From contig CM060734.1 in the NCBI GenBank assembly GCA_030704615.1, forward strand, positions 44,330,001 to 44,394,000: a stretch of 64,000 bases of DNA, read 5' to 3'. The notes beneath the pieces were generated by a model, which saw only the letters and a program-made list of their open reading frames with translations, did not search any database and had not been told where the DNA came from. A program made the position numbers and the translations under genes. Positions 32,100-44,146 of the stretch are shown here, in pieces. The first letter of the stretch is position 1; every line of letters starts with the position of its first letter. This stretch comes from Takakia lepidozioides (taxonomy: Eukaryota > Plantae > Bryophyta).

Positions 32100-35000
32100 C
32101 TATAGAGGGGCCATTTCAGTGAGAAAGGGTGGGGATGCTCTAAGGGTTGCATCTTCTTATTCTTGTTTTCTAGTTACTAAAGTATCACATGGTATGACGG
32201 CGGGGATAAGGCAACAATCGGGAACCAGGCTAGCATATAAGACCAGCAGCATAGTTTGGAAGCTCTCTCAATTTTTGTGTACTAGAACGATTGTGGAAGT
32301 AAAGCAGGGAGATGCCCATATTTGTGGAGAGAATATGTGAATGATTGTGACCTGAAGTAGAATCTAGTGACTAACTTAGTGGGGTGGAATCATCATGATA
32401 AGGTAGAATATTGTGCAAGGACTAACTATGTAGCATCTAATCTGTATTAGGCACAAATTAACAAATCACTGAAGGCATGCAATGTGGTACCACATTTCCA
32501 TCCAGCGGATGAAATTCGAGTGCCACATGTGAACGTAGTTATAAGAAGAGTAGTAGGTGAATTGGTATGGCATAGAGTAGCTTGAACAATATGTTTGTCT
32601 CTACAAGGCCAAGTTAGACTTGAATCAGTTCTGAAGTAAATCATAAACATCTGAACGTTGGAAGTAAGCATCCAGGCATGCCACTGTGATTGATGAATAG
32701 CGCCATGCAGATTCGTAAAAAGGAATGAGCAACAGATCAAGGGCATTCAGTCACCCTCCAAGTGATGATGGTTAAAAAGGACGGATGATGTGTCGTGTTG
32801 AAATGCTAGTGAAGAATCTCTGTTTATGCCAAGCTTTCTCTTCCGCTGCAATCTGGGATAAACGGTGTACTAACGGGTTGGATTGTCATGGGTTTTAGGC
32901 CCCTTCTTTTTGGTATCAGAGCTCAGTCGACGGAGGACTAACAAAGCAGAAAAGCTAGCATTCCGTTACCAACTTTTGAGTGCAACGAAATGGAACGCAA
33001 GAGAAAATTACGTGAGTGCGAGACCACGAATGGGTGACTTGGTCTCTCAGCTGTTCTGAGCCACATTATGTCTGTTATCCTATCACCAGCATTGGCAACT
33101 CTAAGACAAAGGTTTTCATTATGCACTATTTGTGATAGTTGGAAAAATCTAGGCTGTGGGTTACTGTATGGCAGTACACTATGATCATAAGTGATCAACA
33201 CATCTCCAATTGTGGGATGTGCTGGAGCCAACAGTCTGTCTTGACTTGTCATGCTTTAATATGCCCTTGTTCTTCTCTCTATCTCCCTTGGAAAATCCAA
33301 ATATTCCCTATAGACACATCTCCATCCTTGACCTCTACCTCTATCTTCTACCATCGACTCCCACACAATTAACCTGCTGAGCTCGCCATGGTGTTCTACC
33401 CTTACCAACCTATCCTTGGGTTGGAACTCTACTACATTACCAGTAGTCCAGAAACTGAAAGTTAATCGTCCGTTGCCTATTCTTTGAATTAACACGTCCC
33501 CTGCATTTGGTAACTGATGTAACGCTGCTAACTCAGCATTGACATCCTCTAGCATCATAGGTGCATGTTCTGTCATTTTGTCCAGTCGTGCTTGTCATTA
33601 GCGTTGTTCGGGCATCAATCAAAACCTGACACTCCCTATGATTCTGGCTTTTCTTTACTCCCTCTGTGATAGCCTAGCACTAACATGCGTCATTCCTTCT
33701 GAATCCACTGCCACCCGTGTGGTAATTCTATCCTGACTCAACATCCAAACCTTTCCATACGTATACTGGCCGATATGTATGATCCTAATAGCTAGATCTC
33801 CAGGCAGTCTATAGTTCGGGTTCCATGGGTCAAAACCAAGCAGTTCTATGTTTGAAAAAAACATAGTGTCTCGAAGGATGACCTTGAGTGGCAGGGAAGA
33901 AAACTTTGATGGAGAGAGGTGGTCCATCAATGATAGCAACCACGACTGATTGCCATATTTTGTAAACACCAGTTCTTCGAATTCTTCTTAATTGTTGGGT
34001 TTGGGATTTTTCCTTTTGTACCAATCATCCGCCTTACCTTGCAGATTCAGCCTGGCCACTTTGAATAATTTGTCTTCATTTAAATCTCGCACATCTCCTC
34101 CTATCAGCTGCAATTTTTCTAGCCAATCCATTACATCCTCTATCTCTTTCTCGTAAAATGGAGCATCTATACCCGAGGGACTCGTCATTATAACTCTCCA
34201 CTAAACTAAAAATGAAGTTGGACTCTGTGAAACAGGAAAGCTCAGACAGAGAGTGCAAACATACTATGATCGCATATCGAAACTGTTTACCAAGGGAAAA
34301 ATCTTTGACTTAGAATAAAGAAGGCGATTTCTGAGGTCCAAAATCATGAAACTCATGTTGGGCACTAGGTTTGTCAACATTGACGACGTGTTGGAAACTG
34401 CCCTACAGGTTGAACGTGGATAGGAGAGATGGGGGAGACTCCTTTGGAGCCACTGGAATGCGAGATACAAGTACAAAAGATGACTGATACCCCAATAGAC
34501 CGACGACTATATGCATTGAACATCACCCTCAAGAAGTACTTTGAGAGAGGAACTGTCAACCCTGAGAGCTTAGGCAGCAGAACTCCACCTCGTGGACCAC
34601 GAGTGTGTAATACATGTCTGCAGGAAGGGCACATACCTGCTAATTGTCCCACTGTGAAAAACCCGCTAACTTGTGAAAAATGTCACAAAACAGGGCAGAG
34701 TACGATGTGGCTACTACAAGACGTTAGGACACTTCGAACATGAGTGCAGAGCAAAGCTGGAGCAAGGAAGAGCAGGAATGCCCTCAACCAACTTGTTGGA
34801 AATGATGTGTAGTGATGAAGAGGCGGTTCTGGCGGAGTTAAATGAGATATTGGGTCCTGAATCTGTCAACGAGGTGAGGCTACCAAAGAACCGAATCCCA
34901 CTTCCTACGCCAACGCCACTAACACCTCAAAGCATAGAACGATCGATTTCAGGAGAAGCGTCGGAGGAAACAAGTCAGCAAGCCCGAACGGTGTTACAAC

Positions 35001-35905
35001 CCCACGTCAATGTCACCCATGGACTTGATACTGCAGGTGCCTGGTGAATTTAAAAAATTGAAGGGATTGGTAAAAATTATTGAGAGATCGGTCTCAAAGG
35101 AAACGAACATAGCAGGCTCAAGGTCAGCACAATTAGTGCAAAGAATAGGAGGCAAGGGAAGTACTGTAGTATCTTACAACGAGAGGGTAAGGGCACTTCA
35201 TCCATTGGTGACGGATTGGGGACTATCAGGTCATGGGACAAGTAGACACAGGAGCCATGATTTTTGTGATGGCAGCCAGTGTTGTTCGTGATTTGGGTTT
35301 GATGAAGTCTGTCATTATTGATAAAGAGATGTAATATAGAGTGGCGTCAGGGCAGTGGAGACTGCTGTGGGTAGGCTAGATGAGGTGCATGATATCACTG
35401 TGGGAAAGTTGACAAACAAAGTGTCTTTTATGGTGGTCAACACTGACACCTACAATATGCTGCTAGGATTAAATTGGTGCAACAGTTGACATGGAAACAG
35501 AGACATTACGCGTCAGATATGGGCCTGGAGATGATGTGGAGTTCTGCCCACTACACACAGTAAATCAAATTGACATGGGGTTCACCGGATTCCAAGAATT
35601 ATGTGAACATCTGAGGGTAGAACCACTTGAGGAAGAGGCTGTGGAAGTCAACACGATATCATTGGAAAACCATGGGGCAATGACCACTTCATCCTATGAG
35701 GAGCAAGAAGGTTCACAGGATGAAGATGACAAAGATGTCAGCACATCTAAAAATGATGAGCAACAGGAAACGTCTGATGACCTCATGGGTATAATCGGGA
35801 TCGAGGAGTTTCTTGATAAACTCACCTCAGCTGAGGAAGAACTGGCTGATGATGGCTCTATGAGTGGGAAAAAGAGGCCTATGATGCAATGGTACAAATG
35901 TTGAT
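32100..35905 (+). mobile_element. Degenerate, 3'-truncated Ty3/gypsy LTR retrotransposon (putative 5' LTR ~32100-32908, PBS, gag, protease)
   Basis: Gag remnants KMKLDSVKQ..RVQTYYDRISKLF..RRRFL and GEMGETPLEPL. Zinc knuckle CNTCLQEGHIPANC. Protease VDTGA (~35243) and YNMLLGLNW. Many stops and frameshifts; no RT or integrase. LTR limits are inferred only from agggggcc/ggcccctt ends. Confidence 0.8.
32911..32922 (+). promoter_or_regulatory. Retrotransposon primer-binding site (tRNA-iMet)
   Basis: TGGTATCAGAGC upstream of gag remnants. Confidence 0.85.
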
Positions 35906-36319
35906 GAGAGGATATTATACAATAACCCCCTCACCGCCCCACAATGCCTCCTCAGACGCTCCGCACCCTACAAACCCACCAGGGGTGGCGTAGCATTTGG
36001 CATCTTGCGCTCGCATCATTCACCAAACACCACCACTAAAATTATTCCGCCCATTCATCTTTGATCCCACCTCCAGATCGTCCATCTACACCCATCGGCT
36101 CTACATCCTATTCTCCTTATCCTGGTTATCAACGTTAGTGACGTCCGTCAGCATCAGGTCACGTTAGACCTGACGCTAACGGGCCCTCCGTCATGTCAGG
36201 ATACCAAAATATTCCAATAAAAAATTGGCAAGGTAATTTTTTGCCACTTAAACAGCCACGTTGCCGAGACGATGGCGGTGACAAATACATTTATCTATGG
36301 TATATTGCAAATCAGAATT

Positions 36320-37290
36320 GATAACTAACAATAGGTTCTTTGTCAGTTTGTCAGCTAGTCGGTTAGTCAGCTAATTGAACAAGGTCTTACGGTTGAATTT
36401 TCTACCAATCATTGCTGGGTGAAGTTTGGCAGTGAAGTCTGTTAGAGAGTAGCATTGCAATCCGCATGTGAAGTCTGGACAGCCCTAACCATGTACAATC
36501 ATGCATCTTTCACTGCCTCAGCTATCACTTCCTCAACTATCACTTCACTACCAAACTTCACCGAACAATGATTGGTAGAAAATTCAACTGTAAGACCTTG
36601 CTCCGTTAGCTGACTAACTGACAATAGGTTCTTTGTCAATTTATGAACATAGAGAACATCTCCGATCTCTTTTGACACTCTAGATGATAATCGAAACACA
36701 CAATACATTTTCCATGGATATCAAGCCTAGTACTGTTGTCTCTAAGATACACTTTGTGTCCCACAAAGAGTTCTTTGAATGTTGAAAAAATGCTTCCCTT
36801 CGGAACGTCATATGTTGAGATGCTCATCAATCAATGAGTCACCATATATCTCTACACCTCGTAGAGATTGACAAAGCTACAACAAAAAAGTTTAGTTCTG
36901 TCAGCCATAATTGTCGATGAAACTTTACTCTGTAACTTTTCTTTCTTTTCATTGTCTAGCTTTTTCTTGAAGCATTCACGTGCATAATGACCTCATATAC
37001 CACAAAAAAAACAGACTTTGTGTTTCTTCTTCTTGAACTTAACTTCCTTCCTCCATCTTACAACTCTTGGTTAAGATAGAGCCGATTGACGACATGCTTT
37101 CTTTCAAAATTAACACATAGATTGAACCATGCTTCTCTAGCAGTTTTAGCATGTGCAATGATGAAGTATTGAATCTACTACATTCAACAACATGGTTCCT
37201 CGAGCTAACTTATCTTTCTTTTTAGAAAGTCGTTGCTCAGGAGTGATCCTTGCGGCTATGATCTCTCCATTTTCAAGCTGCGCTTGAACT
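36320..37290 (-). mobile_element. Degenerate Ty1/copia remnant (gag, zinc knuckle, protease)
   Basis: Minus strand reads AKTAREAWFNL, CFFCGI*GHYAREC (CCHC), ASQHMT and DVLYVHKLTKNLLSVSQLTEQGLTVEF. Confidence 0.85.
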
Positions 37291-38219
37291 GGTGGCCCCA
37301 GGTGTTTCCCTTTAATAATAATAATAATAATAATAATAACTCTAACTAGGCGAGATACAAGGAGGCCCGTCTCCTGTTACTTATTATTTTAAAAAAGAAA
37401 AAAAAAAAGAAAAAAGGTTCTGCCTTTGTTTTACTTATTTATGAATTTGTATAGAATGATGTTATGGCTAACAAGGCGTGACATTGAGCACTGTTGTTGA
37501 CTAATTTGGTATTTAATAGCAGTGCATATACCACATACCAGTCTTTCACCTATATACCAATACAACACCGGTCTCTATTTTTAAAAGCAAAGAAATAAAA
37601 ATGGTTAAAATAAAAAAATACTAAAGTATATGTACTATCCGTTTATATCCCAAGTGATCAGAGGTTCCTCATGTTCTTTATGTGTTATACTCAAGCCCAC
37701 AATGCCATTTTTTTTTCCCCCTCGTTGCCAAAAAGGCAGGTGATAAGTTATGAATGATGACATAATATGATATGAAGATATATATGTAATATGCTATAAT
37801 AATTCCAATAGGGAAGACAATAGGAATAATGTAAGAACTTAATGGACGCGTGTGATCTGATAGTACTTTCGTCGGATTCCGGCAACCTGGGCTCCTCCGG
37901 CGGGGCCCCTGTCAAATCCTCTCCACCCCCTCTTACCTCGGTTTCACTATTAACTCTAGCGACGACCGAAGGTCGGAAGCTAGTTTAGCGTCGAGCAGGA
38001 ATAGGGTGCCATAGTGCCATGTCATCATTGCCACATTTTGTAGCCACGTCATCGTCGCCACGTTTCGTAACCACATCATCGTCGCCACGTTTCGTTGTCA
38101 ATTTTTTGGGACCCTGCCCGTGCTGCCTGAAAATCACCGGAAAAAACCCGGGAGGAATGCGCGCGGGGAAGGGAGGACGACGGGAGGATGATGCCCCCGC
38201 GTGCTTGAGCGCGGAGGCA

Positions 38220-41200
38220 CGATGGTGGGACAACCGCAATCGCAAGGTGTGGCTTTTTCTTAATGCACGATGTGAAGAAGTTTGTCCATCCAGCACATGT
38301 GGGCTCTTGGCTCCTGTTAGTACCATGATTTGATATTCTTCCTGATAATGTTTACAAGGTTCTTGGGAGAGTCAGCTTGGTCTTAGCAGGCTGTGTTTCA
38401 ATCTATGTCTGCTCAACTGCACCGTGGTGGTTCTCACAGACCAATCCGCCATCACCTGACTACAGACACAAACAACACACACAAGGGGTCATTTTGGGTT
38501 GATGGTCAAATCCTCCATGGGTCATGCCACAAGGTCAAGGACAATGTGGTGAGGGCATCTTCTTCTTCGACCTATTTCAGCCTGTTTTGCCCTCTCATCA
38601 GACTCGGCCCTGAGATGCATATTGAATTTTCAAGGACTAAATGTGGTGAGGGCACCTTCTTCGACCTATTTCAGCCTGTTTTGCCCTCTCATCAGACTCG
38701 GCCTTGAGATGCATATTGAATTCTGTAAGTTAGGTCGTTGGATAGATGGTCAACTGGAAACAGCAGCGGCAACCGCACAAATGATAGAACAAGGCACTGC
38801 TAATGAAGGCACCTTCTTCAACACATTTCACCGTGTTTTTCCCTCTTGTCAGAATCGGCCCTAAATTTTCATGTTGAATTCTGCAAGTTAACTGGTTGAG
38901 TGAATTTGGTTTGGAGTGACTTTGACATGATACTGCCATGTGATAACAAGAAGTATCCAAAAACAAGTAATAAAGATGAGGAGAAGGTGTGGAATGAATA
39001 TTTTGTTGACCCCAGTCAATGGTGGGACAACCGAGGCAAAAAATTGAATCCATGTTAGATGACAGAGAGTAGCAGACACAATTCAACATAGAAACTAGTG
39101 TCATTGGGTGTTTCCTAGGTTGTCATTGTCAACTGCTAGCAGCAAGGGCAAAGATGAATGCATGATTTGTGCAGAGGCATGGATAGCTGAAGGAGAAGGA
39201 TAGAATGTGGGTCTAGATTTATCCAAGAGGGCCAGATTTCAAGCACTAAGATTACGTATGATTCCCTGTGGATCAATAGCTACAAGAAACCTGCATGCGT
39301 AGATGGTCAACTAAAGGCAGCAGCTGCAGCGGCACAATTGATAAAATTAGGTACCTCGACCATGACCACAGCTTCTGGAAGAGGATCAATAGAGGGAGTC
39401 CACAATGCCTCTTTTGGCACTTCTGGGCATGTGAAGATGCTTTGTGAGGCAGGCACACTGAAAGAGGCTCTGTACAGACTTTAAACCAAGGAGGCATTTC
39501 AGCAGATTCAGATACGTATGTCTGTCTTTTGCATAAGTGCATCAAGATGAAAGGCCTTGAAGCTGGAAAACAGGTGCACACTCACATTATTCAAAGTGGA
39601 TTCATGCCACATGTTTTTCTACTCAACACCATTGTCAACATGTATGTTAAGTGCGGGAGCATCATGGATGCTCACCAAGTGTTCAACAGAATGCCTCAAC
39701 GATCTTTGATCACGTGGAATATAATGTTGGTAGGATTTACCAAGCATGGGTGGTCAAATCCTCCATGGGTCGTGCCACAAGGTCAAGGCCAATGTGGTGA
39801 GGGCACCTTTCTTCGACCTATTTCAGCCTATTTTGCCCTCTCATCAGACTCGGCCCTGAGATGCATAGTGAATTGTCAAGGACAATGTGGTGAGGGCACC
39901 AGTGATGTGGTGAGCAAATGATGTGCGAAGGGGTGAAGCCCAACCACATTCATTTGTGTTTGCAATGTGTGTGCAAGCTTGGGAGCCCTGGAAAAGGGGA
40001 AAGAGGTCCATGATGACATCGTCAATGTTGGAATTGTATCAGATGTCATTGTAAACACTACCCTGGTGGACATGTATGCCAAATGTGGGTGCATGCGAAG
40101 GGAGTTTTCAACACTATGGCTGAACGAGATGTGGTGTCATGGAACACAATGCTTGTAGGGTATCCACAACATGGACGTGGTAGGGAGGCTTTGGAGACCT
40201 ATGATCAAATGATGGGGGAAGGGGTAATGCCCAACCACATCACGTTTCTGTGCATTTGCAATATGTGTGCAAGCTTGGCAGCTCTGGAAAAGAGCAAAGA
40301 GGTCCATGGCGACATGGTCAAAGTTGCAGTTGTACCAAATGTCATTCTGAACAATACCTTGTGGACATATATGAAGGGAGTGTTCAACAGTATGGTTGAA
40401 CGAGATGTGGTGTCGTGGAGTGCGATGATTACAGGATATGCACAGCAAGGGCGCGGGATGGAGGCTTTGGAGACCTATGAGCAAATGATGTGCGGAGGAG
40501 GTGAGCCCAACCACATGACGTTTGTTTGCATTTGCAATGCGTGTGCAAGCCTGGCAGCCCTGGAAAAATGCAAAGAGGTCCATGGTGACATTATCAAATC
40601 TGGAAGTGTATCCGATGTGGTGTCGTCGAGTGTCATGATTGCAAGATATGCACAACAAAGGGTGCGGGATGGAGGCTTTGGAGACGTATGAGCAAATGAT
40701 GTGCAAAGGGGTGGAAACCAACCACATCACCTTTGTTTGTGTTTGCAATGCGTGTGCAAACCTTGGAGCTCTAGAAAAGGGGAAAGAGGTCCATGGTGAC
40801 ATCGTCAAAGCGGACTTGTACTAGATGTCATCTTGAACACTGCCCTTGTGGACATGTATGCCAAATGTGGGTGCATTAAGGATGCGGAGGGAGTTAATTT
40901 CAACACTATGGCTGAACGAGATGTGGTGTCGTGGAACGCGATGCTTGCAGGGGCGTGGATGGAGGCTTTGGAGACCTATGAGCAAATGAGGGGGAAGGGG
41001 TGAAGCCCAACCACATCACGTTTGTATACGTTTGCAGTGCGTGTGCAAGCCTGACAGCCTTGGAAAAGGGCAAAGAGGTGCATGGTTGCATCGCCAAAGC
41101 TAGAATTGTACCAGATGTGATTATGAACAATACCCTCGTGGACATGTATGCCAAATGTGGGAGCATTGAGGATGCGGAAGGAGTGTTCAACAGTATGGGT

Positions 41201-42350
41201 GAACGAGATTTGGTGTCATGGAACGCCATGCTTGCAGCACAGCAGGGGCGCAGGATGGAGGCCTTGGAGACCTATGAGCAAATGATGGAGGAAGGGGTGA
41301 AGTGCAACCACATCATGTTTGTGTGCGTTTGCAATGCTTGTGCAAGCCTAGCAGCCCTGGAAAAGGGCAAAGGGTGCATGGTGACATCATCAAAGCTGGA
41401 ATTGTACGTCCAAATGTCATTATGGACACTGCCCTGGTGGACGTGTATGCGAAATGTGGGTGCATTGAGGATGCAAAGGGAGTATTTGACAATGTGGCTG
41501 AATGAAATGTGGTGTCGTGGAATCCGATAGGATATGCCCAGCATGGTTGTCATAGGGAGGTCCTGCAACTATTTGAAAGAATGCAAAAGAACGGCTTGAA
41601 GCCGAACAATATCACCTTTATATGGGTTCTCTCTGCATGCAGCCACACTAGCCTACTGAATGAAGGAAGACGCTACTTCGATTCCCTGAGTCAAGATCAT
41701 GGTGTCACCCCGCCAGTAAAGCACTTTGGCTGCATGGTGGACCTTCTGGACGAGCTGGACAACTACATGGGGCAGTGGACCTGATTAATAAAATGCCAAT
41801 CAATCCAGATGTTGTGGTGTGGAAGGCCTTGCTTGGTGCCTGCAGAATCCATGGCAATGTGAAGATGGCTGAATGTATGGCAACATCTATCCTCAAGTGG
41901 GATGAGCAGGATGCCGCAACTTATGTGTTGTTATATCAAACATCTATGCTGCAGCTGGCGGGTGGGATGATACGAAGGTGAGAAGAATGATGAAGGTCAG
42001 AGGGGTAAGAATGGAGCCAGAGGACAAGTTACATCCCAAAATTAAGGAAATCCATGCTGAGCTGAGAAGATTGTCTGGGCAGATGAAGGAGGCGGGGTAT
42101 GTGCTTGACACACACTTTTTATTGCATGATATGGAGGAAATGAATTTTCTCTTTGCCACCACAGTGAGAAGCTAGCCACTGGTTTTGGGCTGATCAACAC
42201 GACTCATCAAGAATCTTCGAGTGTGTGGAGACTCCCACACCTCCACCAAATTCATCTCAAAGATTGTTGGCCGAGCAATTGTTGTATGTGACGCTAACTA
42301 CTTTCCACCACTTTGAAGATGGGATTTGTTTTTGTGGTGATTACTAGTGA
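38220..42350 (+). pseudogene. PLS-class PPR-E-DYW RNA-editing-factor pseudogene with N-terminal OSB-type PDF motifs
   Basis: PLS repeats (LVDMYAKCGSIEDA, RDVVSWN, PNHITFVC) from ~39430. E domain (MPINPDVVVWKALLGACRIHGN). DYW domain: [26 protein letters not shown] (TGG>TAG at 42345). Numerous frameshifts. Upstream motifs WWDNR..PDYRH and WWDNR..PDFKH. Confidence 0.9.
38503..38886 (+). repeat. ~95-bp tandem repeats inside the PPR pseudogene; a further copy at 39750-39900
   Basis: atgtggtgagggca..ttcttcgacctatttcagcctgttttgccctctcatcagactcggcc at ~38545, ~38641, a diverged copy at ~38805, and at ~39793. Confidence 0.9.
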
Positions 42351-43140
42351 AAGGATGTTTTCTTGGAAAGATGTTGTGTCTTGCTTCATTCATTGATTTG
42401 TGTAGCTACTCAGACCATCCACCATTTCCTGAGAGTACTGACCGTCATGTACCGTTGAGTGCAAGATGCAATTGTCTTGCTTCATTCATTGATCTGTGTT
42501 ACTACTCAGACCATCCACCATTTCCTGATAGTGGGGTCTACCCGGCATAGCTGGGAAGTCAGCCCATGATTTGTACTTGACAAGGGGTGATTTTTGCCTG
42601 ATTCTGGCAAGAGTGGATGGAAATCAGAGTGTTGTCCTAATTCTAGGTTTGGGTGGTGGAGCTTCTCCAAAGCTTGAAGATGGAAGTGAATACGAATTTT
42701 AATGAGCTTGATGAGAGGGGCAGCCCTGTGCACAAGTTTGTTCAACATCTTAAATTTAGACATGTTTGTTTGTTTCTCGTGGTGTGGCTTTGGATGGAGC
42801 CCTTGACGAACTTGCATGAATATTGTCAAAAGCTAAGCCTTAACCCACCAAGATCCCATCGCATGGTGGATGCTTGAAAGTTCATATAGTGAATGTAAGG
42901 GTATTTGGGTATGTTGTTATTGGTTGATGCCGCTTGTGAAAATTGAACATTGAAATGCAGATCCGCCATTTTTCTTCCAGAAAAAAACAAAACACGAGAT
43001 CTCTGCATATAACACTATGGGGATGACCCACCCTTTTTTTGTGAAAAATTGAACGTAGTTCTCAGAATTCGTCGCTAGTAGTGCGGAGCAACGCGAAGCC
43101 TTAAGAAAAAAGGGAAAAAAAAATAAAATCTCTCATTTAA

Positions 43141-43290
43141 GAGTGCCACCGAGATGATTCTGGGGTCAAATCTTGCTACTTGCCAGGTGTGGTATTCTCT
43201 TCTCCCCCTTCCCTGGGCGGTGTCCCACTTATACGCCTCCATGGCGCGGTTACTGTGAAAGAGGTTATTTTCTCCTCTCACTATTAAGGG
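43141..43290 (-). repeat. Dispersed repeat, short copy of the 5544-5868 family
   Basis: Its reverse complement matches both ends of the 5544-5868 copy. Confidence 0.8.
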
Positions 43291-44146
43291 CCTGATTTGT
43301 GAGCTGTCGCTCCCAGGTGTTTCTTTACCAGAAAAAAATGATAAAAAAAAAAGAAAAAAAAGGTGCCTTAGCACTTGAACTGGTCCTCCATATCAAGCAG
43401 TCATCAAAAGTCTCAAAGCTCAGCTTTTGCTGATCACAGGGCTACTTGGTAGTCCACAGAAAGCGACTCACAATTGCACCCCACGTTCTTAACGGATTCG
43501 GATGATCTTCTCAATAAGTGCCACTGATCTTTTTTGCATAAGTTTGGTTTTAAGGCCGTGGGCCTTGGTAGATCGTATCATACTCGGAATGAGTAGCAAG
43601 TTCCCCTTCACTGACGACGGTGTGTGTGCTTTATGGTGTAATCCAGGGTTTTAACTTTTTCCCCTCTAATAATTAAAAAATAAAGCTTCAGGGTCTCTGT
43701 CCCTGTTCTTGGAAGAAAAAAAAAAAAAAAAAAAAAAAAACTGGTCCTCCATTAGTGTAACAGAAAATATCCTTAACGGAAAATGTTTTGGTACCGACAC
43801 ACGATACTTACTGCTAGGTCTATGCAACGACAGTCCGAAGGCTGCTGTTTCCCTCCACTGCGCCAGAAAGAGATGGCGCTGCCTGCTTCTGCTGCGCTCA
43901 TGGATCCTTCTTCGGTTTCCCCAGGCTGAATTCGGAGAAAGTGCAGTTCTTCGGTCAGAAACCAAGCGGAGATTGATGCCTTACATGTCATTGTGGCTTT
44001 TGTTACGATGCCTCCCACCTTTGGGAGATATCGGAGAGGTATGGAATGATGCTGCTTCTATGTGACGGACCGGGAGGAACTTGTGCAAGGAAGGGTTTGA
44101 TTGAGGGGCTGAATTGTTTGTGGTATTTCTGGACGTGGACGGGACA

